A stretch of 64,000 nt of DNA from Pseudomonadota bacterium (GTDB lineage: Bacteria; Verrucomicrobiota; Verrucomicrobiia; Limisphaerales; SXTU01). Made by a program: the position numbers and the translations under genes. Each line of letters opens with the position of its first letter. The stretch's first letter is position 1. Positions 61,252-64,000 of this stretch are shown piece after piece. The notes under the pieces are model-generated. The model was not told where the DNA came from, ran no database searches, and saw only the letters and a list, made by a program, of their open reading frames with translations. The stretch lies in contig RFSE01000005.1 in NCBI GenBank assembly GCA_009924135.1, positions 3,061 through 67,060 on the forward strand. The letters run 5' to 3'.

Positions 61252-62613
61252 TTACGGTTCGAAGACAATACGGCTGAAGGCCTGCGGCGCGAAGTCCGTC
61301 CGGCCGAAGCTGCCGCTGCGGGCCGTGACCGTCTTTTCCGTCCAGCCCTCCAACGCCAGGGTAAGCCGACCGCGCCCGGCAAAATAGATCCGCGCAGCTC
61401 CGGCCTGGGCTGGCACCGGCTGGTTCTTCTCAGTCGCGAAATCCACCTGCGCAATGCGCGCCAGAGGCACCTCGACAGGGCGATCGGCGGTCGTGAACGT
61501 GAGCCGCCCGTCCTGAAAGCTCTTGGCGGTGCCGGCGAGGGTGTCGCGATTGACCAGCCGGCAGACATCGTCTTTCACGTTCGCCGCCAACGGCGCGGCT
61601 GGTTCTTCGAGCCGGCCATCCCATTCGGTGACGCGTAGATTGGACAGGCGGATCGGACCCTGACCTTGATGCACGAGCCGGATGCCGGTGCCGTCACCGC
61701 CAAAGCCAGCGGGGTCGTGCCATTGTTTTGCCATTACACCGTTGAGAAACAGCGTGATGGTCTTCTGTTCGCGGCTGCACTTGATCGCGATGCGGGCCTG
61801 GTTGGTTTGCTGGAGCATCGGGATCACTGCCATGCCGGCCTGCCGGGCACCTTCCTGGTGTTTTACATGCAGCAACTGCGTGGAGTAGCTGTTCAACTGG
61901 AGGCTGTAGAACGGGCAGAAGGGCGCTTCGTCCGCCGTTTGGGCCAGGCGCACGGGCTGGAGCGAATCCGTAAACAGCGCCACCGCCAACGCAAAGCTGC
62001 CGCGCCACGCCAGGTCAAATTCCAGGCTCGCACTGGGCGGAAGTTTCACGTCGCGCGCGATGGAAGCCGGTTGCCCGGCGACGAACGCGCCGTTTTGATA
62101 CTGCCACTGGCTTGGTACGGCTCCGACCAGCACGGACTTGCCCATGGTCCAGCCGTCCAACCCGGTCGGGCCCTCGAACACCACCTGCGGCGCGAGGCCC
62201 AGCGGGCGCAGGCTGGCCACCTGTCCGCGCGGCAAGTTCAACGTGCCCGCATACCAGGTCGCGAGGACGACCTGACGTTCGTCGAGCGAGATCAGATTGC
62301 CGGCCAGTTCGTCGCCGTTGGTGAGCCGTGCGAGGCAATACGCGGGCGAGGAGGTGGCGGGTTGCGGCGCGGAACCGAGCTGGACTTCCGTTATGGCCTG
62401 CGTTTGGAAATCGATGGCCGCCACCGAGTCCGGGTGCCGCCAGCGCAGATTGTTGGTGGGGGTGATGGACTCCAAATGGCCGAGCAGCATGTCCCCGTTG
62501 CGGAAGTAAATCGTTTGCGGCGTGGCCGCCACGGCGGCGTACGCGAGCGTAAACCACAGCGCGAGGGCAGTGCGCAGTCCGGACGGTCGGGGAAGTGAAA
62601 CAGCGCAGTTCAT
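61252..62613 (-). CDS. Secreted hypothetical protein
   Basis: Signal peptide; repeated NGD.L.G.L motifs; paralog of the next gene. Confidence 0.75.
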   Translation of the reverse strand: MNCAVSLPRPSGLRTALALWFTLAYAAVAATPQTIYFRNGDMLLGHLESITPTNNLRWRHPDSVAAIDFQTQAITEVQLGSAPQPATSSPAYCLARLTNGDELAGNLISLDERQVVLATWYAGTLNLPRGQVASLRPLGLAPQVVFEGPTGLDGWTMGKSVLVGAVPSQWQYQNGAFVAGQPASIARDVKLPPSASLEFDLAWRGSFALAVALFTDSLQPVRLAQTADEAPFCPFYSLQLNSYSTQLLHVKHQEGARQAGMAVIPMLQQTNQARIAIKCSREQKTITLFLNGVMAKQWHDPAGFGGDGTGIRLVHQGQGPIRLSNLRVTEWDGRLEEPAAPLAANVKDDVCRLVNRDTLAGTAKSFQDGRLTFTTADRPVEVPLARIAQVDFATEKNQPVPAQAGAARIYFAGRGRLTLALEGWTEKTVTARSGSFGRTDFAPQAFSRIVFEP

Positions 62614-64000
62614 CGTTCAAAAAGCGATTGCCCCTCCGCGCCCAGGAACGGGAGGTCAAGCGTGGTCGGTTCACGGTCAGGGTTGAACCGAAGCTGCCGG
62701 ACCCAGCGGGTTTCCAACTGCAGCGGGCCAAAATGGGGATTCACCCCGGCCAGGGTCTGGTTGGCCCACCGGGGCTGGGCCAGCGCGAGCACCTCGCCAC
62801 TGCTCAGGCGGGCGTGCAGTTCACCGGCCGGCCGGTTGGTCATCGCCCCTGCGGTGGGAGCGGCGAAAATGACGTGCGTCACGCGGGCAAGGGGAATCTC
62901 GATCTTGCCGGCGGCGGCCGCCGTCAACGTCAGTTTGCCGTCCCGGATGCTCTCGACCTGGCCGGTGGCCCGGTCCTGGTTGGCAAGGCGCACGAGATGG
63001 CCGGTGAAATTCGTCGCGACCGGTTCGGGTTCGATGGCCCGGCCATCCCAGGCCGTGACCTTGATGGCGCTGAACTGGATGCCGTTGTTCAACGTAAAGA
63101 AGGAAAGGCCCGAACCGGGAACCGCGGGCGCGCGCGGGGCAGCGGCCGGCGGGGCATTCGGGTCGCCCGCCGGTTGTCGTTGCATCGCCGGGTCATGCCA
63201 TTGCTGGACCACGTTGCCGTCCACAAGCAGCATCAGCGAGCCGGCCAGCAAATCGGCCCGGACTTCCACATGCAGCTTTTTTCCCGGCAAGGCCACTGGG
63301 ATCTGCGCCTGGCCGAGGTGCTGCATGCCGAAGTTGCCCTGCCCGCGCATCAGGTTCACGTAGCCAAGGCCGAGGTTGAACTGGTAGCCGGTGCTCGCGA
63401 AGTTGAAGCGTTCGACGGCATCCGTGTAGAGGCTGAGGTAGAAGTTCAGCGTCCCGTTGCCGCCCACGTCGAACTCCACCCGTGACTGGGGCGGCAGCTT
63501 GAGGTCGCGGCCCATGAAGGCGTTCGCCGTGGCGGTCAGTACGCCGTCGCGGAGCTGCCAGGCGGTCGGAGTGGGGCCGGTGGCCCAGCCGGACAGATCG
63601 TTCGGCCCTTCGTAGAGCGTGGCAAATCCCCGCGCCAGGAACGCGATGGACTGCACCCCGTCCCGCGGGGCGCGGAGTTTGCCGGCGAACCAGGTCTCCA
63701 GCTCAATCTGCTGCGCATCGAGTGACAAAAGGTTGCCGGTCATCTCGTCACCATTGACGAAACGGAAGCGGCACGTGTGATGAGCACTCGCCTGGGCCGG
63801 AGGTGGCGCGGTCTGGGCGAAACGGATCAGATGCGCGTTGCGGGTGAGGAATTCCAATGGCGTGCCGGACGCCACATGATTCCAGCGCACCCCCTTCTGC
63901 GGATCAATGCCGGCCAGCGAGCCGTGCAGTTGCGAGCCGTCCAGCAACTGGAAGACATCCACCGCCGGTTGACCCAACGCGGGCAGAGCCAAGGCAAGGC
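62610..64000 (-). CDS. Secreted hypothetical protein, paralog of 61252-62613 (5' end probably outside the window)
   Basis: Shares C..RL.NGDE..GNL.SLD, L.TW.AG.L..PR, EGP..L.GW, RD.KLPP, QWHDP with the neighbour. Confidence 0.75.
   Translation of the reverse strand, partial: LALALPALGQPAVDVFQLLDGSQLHGSLAGIDPQKGVRWNHVASGTPLEFLTRNAHLIRFAQTAPPPAQASAHHTCRFRFVNGDEMTGNLLSLDAQQIELETWFAGKLRAPRDGVQSIAFLARGFATLYEGPNDLSGWATGPTPTAWQLRDGVLTATANAFMGRDLKLPPQSRVEFDVGGNGTLNFYLSLYTDAVERFNFASTGYQFNLGLGYVNLMRGQGNFGMQHLGQAQIPVALPGKKLHVEVRADLLAGSLMLLVDGNVVQQWHDPAMQRQPAGDPNAPPAAAPRAPAVPGSGLSFFTLNNGIQFSAIKVTAWDGRAIEPEPVATNFTGHLVRLANQDRATGQVESIRDGKLTLTAAAAGKIEIPLARVTHVIFAAPTAGAMTNRPAGELHARLSSGEVLALAQPRWANQTLAGVNPHFGPLQLETRWVRQLRFNPDREPTTLDLPFLGAEGQSLFER

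Overview
A GC-rich bacterial chromosomal window, most consistent with Verrucomicrobiota subdivision 3 (Pedosphaera/Limisphaera-like). That placement is inferred from the DUF1501, DUF1549/1553 and DUF1592 families, sulfatases, H-X9-DG prepilin-like genes and an lpxC-fabZ fusion. Housekeeping genes are dnaE (5' part), fmt, rpsT, a hisJ-type PHP phosphatase, lpxA, lpxC-fabZ, bamA, skp, sixA and tRNA-Glu(TTC), mixed with PVC-typical secreted proteins. Five observations stand out. (1) Several families of short-period (7-9 nt) tandem palindromic elements are inserted in frame inside protein genes, including dnaE. Copies of one family give matching peptides in unrelated proteins. (2) A divergent gene pair retains the metal and catalytic motifs of the two halves of peptide alpha-amidating enzyme (PHM-like and PAL-like). 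(3) An ~870 bp insert lies between duplicated 3' ends of hisJ. It holds two small genes, each preceded by a ~70 bp repeat ending in an integron-like GTT core. (4) A pilin-like gene with a sigma54-like promoter and a terminator is broken by an internal deletion/frameshift and lies next to a TMTC-like glycosyltransferase. (5) Three toxin-antitoxin loci appear to have lost their toxins while keeping intact antitoxin-like genes. All calls come from reading the sequence by eye; no searches were run.
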